Shown here piece by piece: positions 18,078 through 26,842 of a stretch of DNA of 64,000 nucleotides; the first letter of the stretch is position 1; each line of letters starts with the position of its first letter. The position numbers and the translations under genes are program-made. The notes beneath the pieces are model-generated. The model worked only from the letters and a program-made list of their open reading frames with translations, had not been told where the DNA came from and did not search any database. The stretch is from a virus. The stretch covers positions 32,001 to 96,000 of IMG/VR virus record IMGVR_UViG_3300032288_004815. One strand, written 5' to 3'.

Positions 18078-21000
18078 TGCAGGATAAAAATAATCAAGAT
18101 TTTAAAAAAAAATCTTTTAGTGATTATTTTAAAACTTTAGAATCCAGTCACGAGTTTACAAATGAGCAGGCAAGACCGAAGCCCAGCACAGTAGATCAAC
18201 CTAGACCGGGCACTGCACCAACTAGACCTTCACAACCAATACAGGGTCCAAGTCAAGTAAGACCTCCAGGAACAACAGCAGCACCTTCTACGGCTGTAGT
18301 TAGACCTGTACCTACTGCAACCGCACCTGCTCCAGCCGCTGCCCCAGCTGCCGCTGCACCAGCTGGTCAATCTACTAGCACTTTAGGTAGAATTGCTCAG
18401 TCTGTGGCACCTTATGTGGCCAGAGCTGGCGCAGCAATAACCGGTGCATTAACACCAGGTAATGTGGGTCAGCAATACGATTTTCCTCAACAGGGTCCAC
18501 TGCGAGGGTCTGAACTTAATCCGTTAACTAATAAACCGTGGACTAAACAAGAGTTAGACTTATACAAAGCTGATCCCACAAAGTTCCTAAGACCACCTCA
18601 GCAACAACCATCAGCTGATGTCAGAAGACCAGAGCTAGACGATCCATTAAGAAGACAGCCTGCAACTAGACCAGCTGCGCCACAATCTGTGCCTACTTCC
18701 AGTGCAGAAATTAAAGCATTGCAAGATAGATTAAGACAAGCAGGTGCAAATATTAGAACAGATGGAATAATGGGCCCACAAACACGACTGGCCATGCAAC
18801 AGTTTCCGCAAGCTGTTCAACCAGCAGTATCTCAACCTGCTGGATCAGCTACTAGTGCAAGAAGACCAGAACTAGATGATCCATTAAGAAGGCAACCAGT
18901 TAGGCAACCTGTAATTGAGCCAGAACAAAGAGCAGATGTCAGAAGACCAGAACTAGATGATCCATTAAGAAGGCAACCAGTTGCTGTACAAAGTCCAACA
19001 ACCGCAGTTTCTCAAGTAACAGTACCGTCAGACGGTATAGTCCCAACAGGATTACCTATGCCTAGGCCGCCTATAGTGAGACCAGGGCCGTTAACTCCAC
19101 AACCTCCGCCAGGCACACCTGTACCTCCTATTAAGCCTGTCCCTGGCACACCAATACCGCCAAGGCCCGTAGAACAACCAGTACCAGAGCCAAGACCACC
19201 AATAACACCTGTGCCTGGAACACCAATTCCCCCAAGACCGCAACCCGCTCCAGCACCCGCTCCAGCACCAGGTCCTGCACCAGCACCAAGGCCACCAATT
19301 CCTTTACCTGAGCCGGTTACACCTCCAGGACCTCCTACTAGGCCGCAACCAGCGCCGGCTCCTGCTCCAGCACCAAGACCAGAACCAGTAAAACCAACAG
19401 AACCGGTGCCAGCGGCGCCCAGTCCACCATCTGAGTCACCGCCACAAGCTCCTCCTGTGGCGCCACCTAGACCTCTTAGAGTTCCAACAGAAAGACCTGC
19501 AGAACAACCTGCTCCAGCACCTGCTCCGGCTCCAGCACCTGCAGGACCTAAACCACAACCTATGCCAACAGGAGAAACGCCTGCACCTGCTGCTCCTCCT
19601 GTGCCCCCTGCTCCACCAGCTCCACCACTTCCCCCTGAGCCAGGTCCTGTCCCTCCTATTAAGCCTGTACCTCCACCAGAACCAGGCCCGCCTCCTGCCA
19701 CACAACAACCGCCAGCATCTGCGCCCCCAGTTAGACCAGTGCCTGTACCTGTTACACCCGGTGAACCTGAACAGCGCAGAAATTTAGATTTTTGGCGCTG
19801 GGGCGGGCAAAAATCAGGGCCTCCAGGTGCTTATAGGTCTGACAAAGAAATGGGCTATAGAGAAAGTTTTGAACACATGACCGACATGCAGAAAAGCATT
19901 TACATAGTTGAATCTATGTCAAAAGCTGAACAAAAATCAACAGGACCAAAGTTTCCAGGTTATTGGAAAGGCACAGATCCTGCCAGTATGAGTCGCAATA
20001 GAATGGTGGGCGGCAGCGAACAACAGCAAGAAAATATACTCAGTGATTTAGAAAGCACAATGAAAAAAACTAGGACACTGAAACAGTTAAAAGAAAAATG
20101 GCAAAAATTTAAAGAAGGCGATGTAATTTCCTTTCCAAGTAGCTCCTCCAATGATCCCAAATTTAAAAATTTAAGTATAGTTCCCACTGAGCCTGCAACT
20201 GCCGGCACTACATCACCACCGTTGGCAGAACCATCAGGTGTTCAATCAGCAACTGGCAAACCCACAACAAGTTCTACAACTGGCCAATCGACTGTAAAAC
20301 CAGAGATGTCTGTGGGAGATCGATATAGACAAAATTTAGGAGCTGTGCCTAATACACAATCAAGTGCTGCTCAATCAAGTGCTGTTCAAACTACAGGGAA
20401 ACCTAGTAATGTTGTTGAATTACCTAAAAGCACAGTATCTACTTCTACCACAACAGGAGCGGCGCCTGCTCAATCCAGTAATGTTGTGCAGATGCCTAGA
20501 TCAGCCCCGGCTGCTGCCGGCTCTTCAATTTTAAAAGGTATTGGGCAAACTGCATCAAAAGTTCTCGGGCCATTGGGAGTAGTGGGATTGGCAACAAACG
20601 CAGCGGCCGTGGCAGATTATGTGCAAAGTCCTGAAGTAGATTTAGGCCGCAGACTAGCTTCTGGTGAAGGATCGGCAGCAGAAAAACACGCTGCCTGGCT
20701 TCAAAAAAGTACAAACATAAGTCAGTACACCCCAACAGCACAGGAAGCTGCAAATTTACTGGCCAGCGGTGATAAAAGAACCATTGATATCTTTGGTGGA
20801 CAAGATAAATTAAAGCAACTGGCGGGCACAACAAAAGCTGCTGAACCCAGTGCTGGTAGTGTAGATAAGATTGTACAAAAAGCCGTTGATGTTGTAAATC
20901 CAAAACAATATCAATACAATCAATTGACTCCAGCGCAACTTGAATACATAAAAAAACGATATGCTGAAGCAGGACAAGGCGCAGGTAGTGATGCACAAAG

Positions 21001-22456
21001 AGTAATTTCAAATGCATTAGACTTTAATAACTTACCAGCAAATAACAGAGAAGCAATTTTTAAATCTTTAGAAGATCCTCGCATTAAACAAGAAATTCAA
21101 CAGTTAGAAAAATCAATGCCACAAAGACCTGGAAGCATAACTAGCACGCAGCCAGGAGCTAAACCATATGGCAACACTGTATTGGATGTAACAGATTCCA
21201 ATTCTGTGGCTGAATACAATAGAATAATTGGTGGTAGGGAGGGAGGAGCAAAAGGATATGATGCTGCATTTATAGCTCCAGGTTATAAAACTCCTGAACA
21301 ATGGTCTAAACAAACATTGGGAGTAGCAAAGAAATTATCTGACATGACATTAGATGAAGTTTTGCGATATCAAAAATTCAGAGGACCTCAGGACAATGCA
21401 GCTGGCAAATATGGTATGGTGCAAAGCACAGTGTTTGGAGAACTTAGAAACGGCAAATTTACCGGTTTAATAAATGATTTGGGAATAACTCCAGAAAATC
21501 TAAAAAGTCAAAAGTTTAGTTCTGATTTTCAAGAACGCCTCCAAGCTGCATTATTCCAAAGACAACAGGCTTCACTTCGACAAAATGGATTAGAATTAAC
21601 TCCTGCAAACCTATATGGATCACATAGTATAGGTGCTGGAGGTCATGCTCAGGTAATGCAAGCAGCAAAAACACAACCCAATACACCAGTAGTTGAAATA
21701 TTAGCTAATAATGCAGCAACAGCTAGAAATTTACAACCAGGATCTCGAGCATACAATGAATTTGTTAAGAAGCACAGCGAGTTTCTAACTAAAAGAAATC
21801 CACACCTACTTACTCCAGCAGGACAGTGGTATAATAGAATGGTGCAGATAGTTGATAATAAAACTGCGGTAAGGGAAACAAGAATGACAAACAAAAAAGA
21901 TGTGGCTGACAGATATAGTTTTGATGAGTTTGACGATTTAGTAAGAAGATTAGGTCAACGGGCTAAAGAACAAGAACGCCGATATGGTCCGGTGGATATC
22001 AAACAATTAGCACAAAGACTGCGCGACATTGCCGACAAGGATGACAAGCCTATCAAAGAACAAGACCCGGCAACTGATCCCACTCGTCAGTCAACTTCAC
22101 CAACTTTACAGGCTACTAGTGCCAACCAACAGGACACTAATCCAAATCAACAGATCACAAGCCAGACTGGCACTAGTCAAGAGCGTAAAGAAAAACAAGC
22201 ACAAGCACAAGACACTGCCACTGCTAAAACCATGGCCAGTAGTTTGACCACAGTTGTTCCTCCTGGAACTAACACAAACGCATTGGCGCAGGCCATAGTA
22301 AATACAAATGACGGTAGACCTTTAAGTGCCGACCAACAAAAAGCTATCAGTGTATTACAACCATTGGTTTTAAAAGCAGCAGAAACTCCAACAACTGCTA
22401 GCGCATTAGGTAGTGCTTTGCAAAAAGCTGGTATGTTAAGTAAACAAGGAAAATAA
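18077..22456 (+). CDS. 1459-aa Pro-rich modular protein with peptidoglycan-binding and lysozyme-like domains
   Basis: IKALQDRL...DGIMGPQT (PG-binding); GGREGG...MTLDEV...AAGKYGM...QERL (lysozyme-like); long PAPAP tract. Confidence 0.7.
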   Translation: MQDKNNQDFKKKSFSDYFKTLESSHEFTNEQARPKPSTVDQPRPGTAPTRPSQPIQGPSQVRPPGTTAAPSTAVVRPVPTATAPAPAAAPAAAAPAGQSTSTLGRIAQSVAPYVARAGAAITGALTPGNVGQQYDFPQQGPLRGSELNPLTNKPWTKQELDLYKADPTKFLRPPQQQPSADVRRPELDDPLRRQPATRPAAPQSVPTSSAEIKALQDRLRQAGANIRTDGIMGPQTRLAMQQFPQAVQPAVSQPAGSATSARRPELDDPLRRQPVRQPVIEPEQRADVRRPELDDPLRRQPVAVQSPTTAVSQVTVPSDGIVPTGLPMPRPPIVRPGPLTPQPPPGTPVPPIKPVPGTPIPPRPVEQPVPEPRPPITPVPGTPIPPRPQPAPAPAPAPGPAPAPRPPIPLPEPVTPPGPPTRPQPAPAPAPAPRPEPVKPTEPVPAAPSPPSESPPQAPPVAPPRPLRVPTERPAEQPAPAPAPAPAPAGPKPQPMPTGETPAPAAPPVPPAPPAPPLPPEPGPVPPIKPVPPPEPGPPPATQQPPASAPPVRPVPVPVTPGEPEQRRNLDFWRWGGQKSGPPGAYRSDKEMGYRESFEHMTDMQKSIYIVESMSKAEQKSTGPKFPGYWKGTDPASMSRNRMVGGSEQQQENILSDLESTMKKTRTLKQLKEKWQKFKEGDVISFPSSSSNDPKFKNLSIVPTEPATAGTTSPPLAEPSGVQSATGKPTTSSTTGQSTVKPEMSVGDRYRQNLGAVPNTQSSAAQSSAVQTTGKPSNVVELPKSTVSTSTTTGAAPAQSSNVVQMPRSAPAAAGSSILKGIGQTASKVLGPLGVVGLATNAAAVADYVQSPEVDLGRRLASGEGSAAEKHAAWLQKSTNISQYTPTAQEAANLLASGDKRTIDIFGGQDKLKQLAGTTKAAEPSAGSVDKIVQKAVDVVNPKQYQYNQLTPAQLEYIKKRYAEAGQGAGSDAQRVISNALDFNNLPANNREAIFKSLEDPRIKQEIQQLEKSMPQRPGSITSTQPGAKPYGNTVLDVTDSNSVAEYNRIIGGREGGAKGYDAAFIAPGYKTPEQWSKQTLGVAKKLSDMTLDEVLRYQKFRGPQDNAAGKYGMVQSTVFGELRNGKFTGLINDLGITPENLKSQKFSSDFQERLQAALFQRQQASLRQNGLELTPANLYGSHSIGAGGHAQVMQAAKTQPNTPVVEILANNAATARNLQPGSRAYNEFVKKHSEFLTKRNPHLLTPAGQWYNRMVQIVDNKTAVRETRMTNKKDVADRYSFDEFDDLVRRLGQRAKEQERRYGPVDIKQLAQRLRDIADKDDKPIKEQDPATDPTRQSTSPTLQATSANQQDTNPNQQITSQTGTSQERKEKQAQAQDTATAKTMASSLTTVVPPGTNTNALAQAIVNTNDGRPLSADQQKAISVLQPLVLKAAETPTTASALGSALQKAGMLSKQGK
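18623..18978 (+). repeat. Three in-frame ~38-bp repeats encoding RRPELDDPLRRQP
   Basis: Copies start at 18623, 18860 and 18941. Confidence 0.9.
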
Positions 22457-22460
22457 AATT

Positions 22461-24416
22461 ATGTTTCTCTCGGATTTATACAATAAAAGAAATGTAAATG
22501 AAAACATAAGTCCCATTGATTTGGCAGAACTGTTGTTTAATGCAGTGCTGAAAAACTTTCCTGAAGCAATCACTCGCTATGGTCACGAAGTAGTAGGTGA
22601 TGCTGTGTTAGATTATGCCGAAGAAGCCACAGATTTGCGTAGCATGAGTGACATTGATATTGCTGCACAAGAAATATTAGACGACTTAGCAAACTATCAA
22701 GGAGATCGTACTAACGAACTAGAACCTGAAAAAAATAATGCTATTTCTGAAAATCTACGCAAATGGTTCAAAGAAAAATGGGTTCGTTTTGGTCCTGATG
22801 GTAAGATACGGGGAGCTTGTGCAAGGGGCGACGACAGCGAAGGCAAACCAAAGTGTTTACCACAAAGTAAAGCCCATGCATTAGGTAAAGCAGGTCGTGC
22901 CAGTGCAGCGGCAAGAAAACGCAGACAAGATCCAAATCCTGAACGCAGTGGTGCAGCTATCAATGTTGCCACTAAAAAGAAATCAAACGAAGGTGTGGCG
23001 GAGGGCTTCAGTGTAGTAAAAAGTGACTATGACTTAGATCAGATGGTGCTGACTTTTGACATTGAAGGTCCGCGTAAAGGCAAACCTTTACAGTTCACCT
23101 ACTGGGACTATGACGAAGATTTCGCCAACGCTGAACGCCGAGATGTGTTCGATCAACTGCAACAACAATCCTGGTATGCGGGTCTGGATCATCCTACCAA
23201 GATGGAAATACTTGATGCATCATACAAGGCTATCAGAGGTGAAGAACCCAGCGAATACAAACCTACAGTAGATGATGAACCTTTGGACGAACAAGGTGTG
23301 TCGGAAGGCTCTCTAGATGAACTACATGCTGACATGTCAAATGTATATAATAAACTTGCTCCCGGAATTGAAAAATACAAAGATAAATCTGGTGCCGATA
23401 AATTATATCAATCATTATTTTCAGTGGCACAACAACACGGTGCTAGCGCCATATTTGAATTCAAAAGAATGTTAAATAACGCCAGAAATAGTGCTCATAT
23501 GGACTATGATACTAATCCCGGTGGGTTCGAAAATTGGTTCTGGTATTTGCCATTCGCAGATGACGAGCAAGGTGTAGCAGAAGGCTTACAGCAGACTTTA
23601 CGCAAGATTGTCCCTGGATATGCCAAGCGTGAGATTGATAAAAAGATGGACACTGGAAAGTTTGGTAAGACTGATGCAGATAAAGATGCAAACTTCTATC
23701 GTTATAAAAAGATCCAAGACAAGATCAAAGGGCAAGGTATAGTGGAAGAAAAATGTCCACATTGTGGTGGCCCTTCCTTTAACAATTTAATTTTAGCAGA
23801 AAAACAGGATGCTTGTTATCACAAGGTAAAAAGTAGATACAAAGTATGGCCCAGTGCTTACGCTAGTGGTGCATTGGTTCAGTGTCGCAAAAAAGGTGCA
23901 GCCAATTGGGGCAAAAAGAAAACCAATGAGACTAAACAGCCGAGCTTGGATTCAGACACAGTTAAAAGATTACAAAATTACCTTAATATTAAGTTTGGAG
24001 CAAATTTAGATGTAGATGGCGTATTAGGCAATCTTACAAAAAAATCTATCAAGAAATTTATGAAAAAAACAAAAACTAAACTTGCTCCTGAGCCAGATAG
24101 AACCACCGCAGTACAGGGTAAGACAAAAAAAGTAAATGAAACAAGATTTTATTTTTATCCAAAAGCCACAGATGCCAGCACACTGGTCAACGAGTTTAAG
24201 TTAACCAAAGACAACCAAGGTTGGTACTTAACTGAATCACAAGGACCTGCAGCAGTGCTAGAAGCACAACGAGCATTTGGTATTCCAAAAATCAAAGAAG
24301 TCAAATTAAAAGAATTTAATCTGGCAGCTTTCAGTGGCAGTGCTGCAATTAAAGGCGATGACAATGTACTAAGTCCCATTGGCAGCAAGGCATTGAAAGG
24401 TCGTAAACATGCGTAA
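22461..24416 (+). CDS. Modular hypothetical polyprotein-like protein with four (Q/E)GVAEG-type junctions and a PG-binding module
   Basis: EGVAEG, QGVSEG, QGVAEG, QGIVEE; VKRLQNYLN...VDGVLGNLT. Confidence 0.75.
   Translation: MFLSDLYNKRNVNENISPIDLAELLFNAVLKNFPEAITRYGHEVVGDAVLDYAEEATDLRSMSDIDIAAQEILDDLANYQGDRTNELEPEKNNAISENLRKWFKEKWVRFGPDGKIRGACARGDDSEGKPKCLPQSKAHALGKAGRASAAARKRRQDPNPERSGAAINVATKKKSNEGVAEGFSVVKSDYDLDQMVLTFDIEGPRKGKPLQFTYWDYDEDFANAERRDVFDQLQQQSWYAGLDHPTKMEILDASYKAIRGEEPSEYKPTVDDEPLDEQGVSEGSLDELHADMSNVYNKLAPGIEKYKDKSGADKLYQSLFSVAQQHGASAIFEFKRMLNNARNSAHMDYDTNPGGFENWFWYLPFADDEQGVAEGLQQTLRKIVPGYAKREIDKKMDTGKFGKTDADKDANFYRYKKIQDKIKGQGIVEEKCPHCGGPSFNNLILAEKQDACYHKVKSRYKVWPSAYASGALVQCRKKGAANWGKKKTNETKQPSLDSDTVKRLQNYLNIKFGANLDVDGVLGNLTKKSIKKFMKKTKTKLAPEPDRTTAVQGKTKKVNETRFYFYPKATDASTLVNEFKLTKDNQGWYLTESQGPAAVLEAQRAFGIPKIKEVKLKEFNLAAFSGSAAIKGDDNVLSPIGSKALKGRKHA
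22989..23750 (+). repeat. Array of four 18-bp junction repeats separating unrelated in-frame modules
   Basis: gaaggtgtggcggagggc 22989, caaggtgtgtcggaaggc 23292, caaggtgtagcagaaggc 23568, caaggtatagtggaagaa 23733; periods 303, 276 and 165 bp. Confidence 0.8.
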
Positions 24417-24837
24417 CTTTATTAATATCATGGAGGCAGCAGCAAAAAACTGTCCTGTGGCCACACACAACATTGATGTTAATCTTAAAAATAGGCAAAA
24501 AGCTATAGATTCTTATCATTATGGTCCAGCTAATCCCGACAAACCCGACAACTACTGGCGGCAAGCAGCTAAAAGATTCAAAGTTTCTGAAGCAGTGGCC
24601 AAGACCATGCAGTGCGCTAACTGTGCAGCTTTTGATGTCAGTGACAGTATGCGTGAATGCATTGCCAGCGGTATTCGTGGCAGCGAAACAAACATTGATG
24701 CTAATGCTAGTATAAATATTGCAGACATAGGCTATTGTAATTTCCTGCATTTCAAATGTGCAGGAGCAAGAAGTTGTGCTGCATGGATCACCGGCGGACC
24801 AATTACAGAAAAAGACAAAAATAAAAAGGCAGCATAA
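24409..24837 (+). CDS. Cys-rich protein, possible HiPIP-like Fe-S or Zn binder
   Basis: CANC...GYC...C...SCAAW. Confidence 0.55.
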   Translation: MRNFINIMEAAAKNCPVATHNIDVNLKNRQKAIDSYHYGPANPDKPDNYWRQAAKRFKVSEAVAKTMQCANCAAFDVSDSMRECIASGIRGSETNIDANASINIADIGYCNFLHFKCAGARSCAAWITGGPITEKDKNKKAA

Positions 24838-24838
24838 A

Positions 24839-25273
24839 ATGGAAGAATTAATTAAAGCTACGAAAATAGGATTCAGCAGTACTTTTAGTTTTTATTTAAA
24901 AGCACACTACTTTCACTGGAATGTTGAAGGATCTGACTTTTTAGAATATCATGAGTTGTTTGGTAAAATCTACGAAGAAGTATATGGCAGCATCGATGAT
25001 TTTGCCGAAAATATTCGTAAACTAGGCAGCTATACTCCTGGCAGTTACACAAGACTCAGTATGCTTAGTCAAATTGAAGATGAAACAGCAGTGCTGCCCA
25101 AAGATGCCATGGTAACTGAATTATTGGCAGACAATGATAAAATTCTTAAAATCATTAAACTTGTCTATGATTTAGCCGAACGCGAAGGACAACACGGGCT
25201 CAGCAACTTTTTAGCCGAGAGGCTAGATGCACATCAAAAGCATGGTTGGATGCTAAGAGCCAGTCTTAAATAA
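24839..25273 (+). CDS. dps: Dps/ferritin-like DNA protection protein; start moved to ATG 24839
   Basis: KAHYFHWNVEGSDFLEYHELF, IDDFAENIRKLG, HQKHGWML. Confidence 0.92.
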   Translation: MEELIKATKIGFSSTFSFYLKAHYFHWNVEGSDFLEYHELFGKIYEEVYGSIDDFAENIRKLGSYTPGSYTRLSMLSQIEDETAVLPKDAMVTELLADNDKILKIIKLVYDLAEREGQHGLSNFLAERLDAHQKHGWMLRASLK

Positions 25274-26392
25274 TTGATGAAAGACTATTACTGTAGTGCA
25301 ATAGACACAGGTCTATTTGTGTCTGTCAACGGCGGCGTGGGTCTATGTTGTAGCGGCGACGGTTTTTTTGGTTCTGTAAGACAGCAACCAATACAGGAAA
25401 TTTTTACCGCGAATAAATTTACACAACTACAACAAGACCTGCATACAGGGCAGTCGAATGATTATTGCAAAGGTTGTTATAAAATTGAAAATACTGCTCC
25501 AGGCAGTAGTCAATGGTCTGCATTCAACGACCAATTTCAAAGGCAAACACAAAGACAACTTAAACTTATAGATATTCGCTGGAGCAATGTTTGTAATTTG
25601 ACCTGTAGATACTGTAACACACATGACAGCAGTGAATGGCGAAAAATAAGAAATTTACCCATCGAGTCAGTGAATAGGGATTATACAGAGTCGTTGTTTG
25701 ACTTAGTTGAAGAAAATTTACACAGTATAGAAGTTGTTTATCTATTAGGCGGAGAACCTCTGTTACAAAAACACAATATAAGATTATTAGACATGCTGCC
25801 CAAACATGTTAAGATTGATATATTAACCAACGGCAGTGTTGATTTGATAAACAACAAAGTATATGAAAAACTAACTGAATTTAAAAATACTTATTGGAAT
25901 TTAAGTTTCGATAATGTTGCCGATAGGTTTGAATATGTGCGAGCAGGCAGCAATTGGAATTTGCTGTGCAATAATATCAATATACTCAAACAAGACTTTA
26001 CAGCTAACAATGTAACTTTTCATCCTGTTTACAGTATTTTTAATGCCACAAGACTTAAAGAATTATATGACTTTTCAGACAGGTGCGGCAGTTTAAGAAT
26101 TAATTGGCAACTGGCTTTAGCCACTGTCGATCCTTATAATTTACCCACTGACAGTTTTTTAATTTTTGGACACAATCGTGAAATAATTAATTTGGCCTTG
26201 GAAGAAATTGATCAGTTAGATTTTGATGATTATTTCTTAAGCGGTGTTAAAACCAGTTTACAAGACAACATTACAGATCCCACAAAATCTCAAAAATTTT
26301 TAAATTGGATAGATCAAATGGAGCAAACAATTGTTCCAAAATATAGTTTCCAAGCACTGTGGCCTGAATTAAATACATTATTGAACAAATAA
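25274..26392 (+). CDS. Radical SAM protein with N-terminal Cys-rich (SPASM/twitch-like) domain; likely start ATG 25277
   Basis: CNLTCRYC, GGEP, N-terminal C...CC...CxxC. Confidence 0.88.
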   Translation: MMKDYYCSAIDTGLFVSVNGGVGLCCSGDGFFGSVRQQPIQEIFTANKFTQLQQDLHTGQSNDYCKGCYKIENTAPGSSQWSAFNDQFQRQTQRQLKLIDIRWSNVCNLTCRYCNTHDSSEWRKIRNLPIESVNRDYTESLFDLVEENLHSIEVVYLLGGEPLLQKHNIRLLDMLPKHVKIDILTNGSVDLINNKVYEKLTEFKNTYWNLSFDNVADRFEYVRAGSNWNLLCNNINILKQDFTANNVTFHPVYSIFNATRLKELYDFSDRCGSLRINWQLALATVDPYNLPTDSFLIFGHNREIINLALEEIDQLDFDDYFLSGVKTSLQDNITDPTKSQKFLNWIDQMEQTIVPKYSFQALWPELNTLLNK

Positions 26393-26427
26393 ACCTTGGC
26401 CTTAGGACCGGGTGGGCGGCTACTGCC

Positions 26428-26456
26428 TTGACTTATGCGATTCGCTACCGTATAAT
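26428..26456 (+). promoter_or_regulatory. Sigma70-like promoter TTGACT-17-TATAAT
   Basis: Near-consensus hexamers with 17-bp spacer upstream of AGGAGA RBS and ATG 26490. Confidence 0.6.
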
Positions 26457-26489
26457 CTAGAGTGTAGCACATTTCAATTAGGAGATTCC

Positions 26490-26756
26490 ATGACAGACTA
26501 CAATCGCAGCTTCAACGGTGAAGCTAAAATTAAACTTACCCAACTTATTAACGAAGGCATGCAAGTAATGGCCGAAGTCGACGATTTAAACGCAGGACTC
26601 AATGACACCATCAAAGCCATTGCCGAAGAACTAGAAATAAAACCTGCAACTCTTAAAAAAGCAATTAAAATTGCACACAAAGCCAAATTAGGCGAGACTA
26701 ATCGCGATCACGATGAGCTGAATACTATTTTAGAAACTGTAGGAAAAACTTTGTGA
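26490..26756 (+). CDS. Small helical DNA-binding protein (T4 DsbA/GapR-like); start moved to ATG 26490
   Basis: AGGAGA RBS; coiled coil then IKAIAEELEIKPATLKKAIKIAHK. Confidence 0.6.
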   Translation: MTDYNRSFNGEAKIKLTQLINEGMQVMAEVDDLNAGLNDTIKAIAEELEIKPATLKKAIKIAHKAKLGETNRDHDELNTILETVGKTL

Positions 26757-26842
26757 CAAACATTGTTGTGTGTTTTCCGGGCGGAGCAAGCGGGCATTTT
26801 ATAGCAAATTTATGTAGCTTGTTATTATTTAATATTAAATAA
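26753..26842 (+). pseudogene. Truncated ORF cut at the palindrome axis (MTNIVVCFPGGASGHFIANL...)
   Basis: GTGA overlap start; N-terminus resembles IFYTGGSGGFFL of 54789..55646; stop two codons past the axis. Confidence 0.65.

Noticed and set aside
18623-18978. 38-bp triple repeat as CRISPR or DGR template/variable repeats
   Set aside because: In-frame coding repeats with synonymous differences and irregular spacing; no reverse transcriptase in the window
19012-19701. 229-aa Gly-rich minus-strand ORF (and its mirror at 33966..34655)
   Set aside because: Antisense shadow of the Pro-rich CCN codons of 18077..22456; no independent signals
22989-23750. Junction repeats as a CRISPR array
   Set aside because: Repeats are 18 bp, degenerate and in frame, with 150-290 bp intervals; no cas genes
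26412-26489. N-terminal extension of the DsbA-like ORF from GTG 26412
   Set aside because: Strong AGGAGA RBS precedes ATG 26490, and the extension overlaps a promoter or structured element
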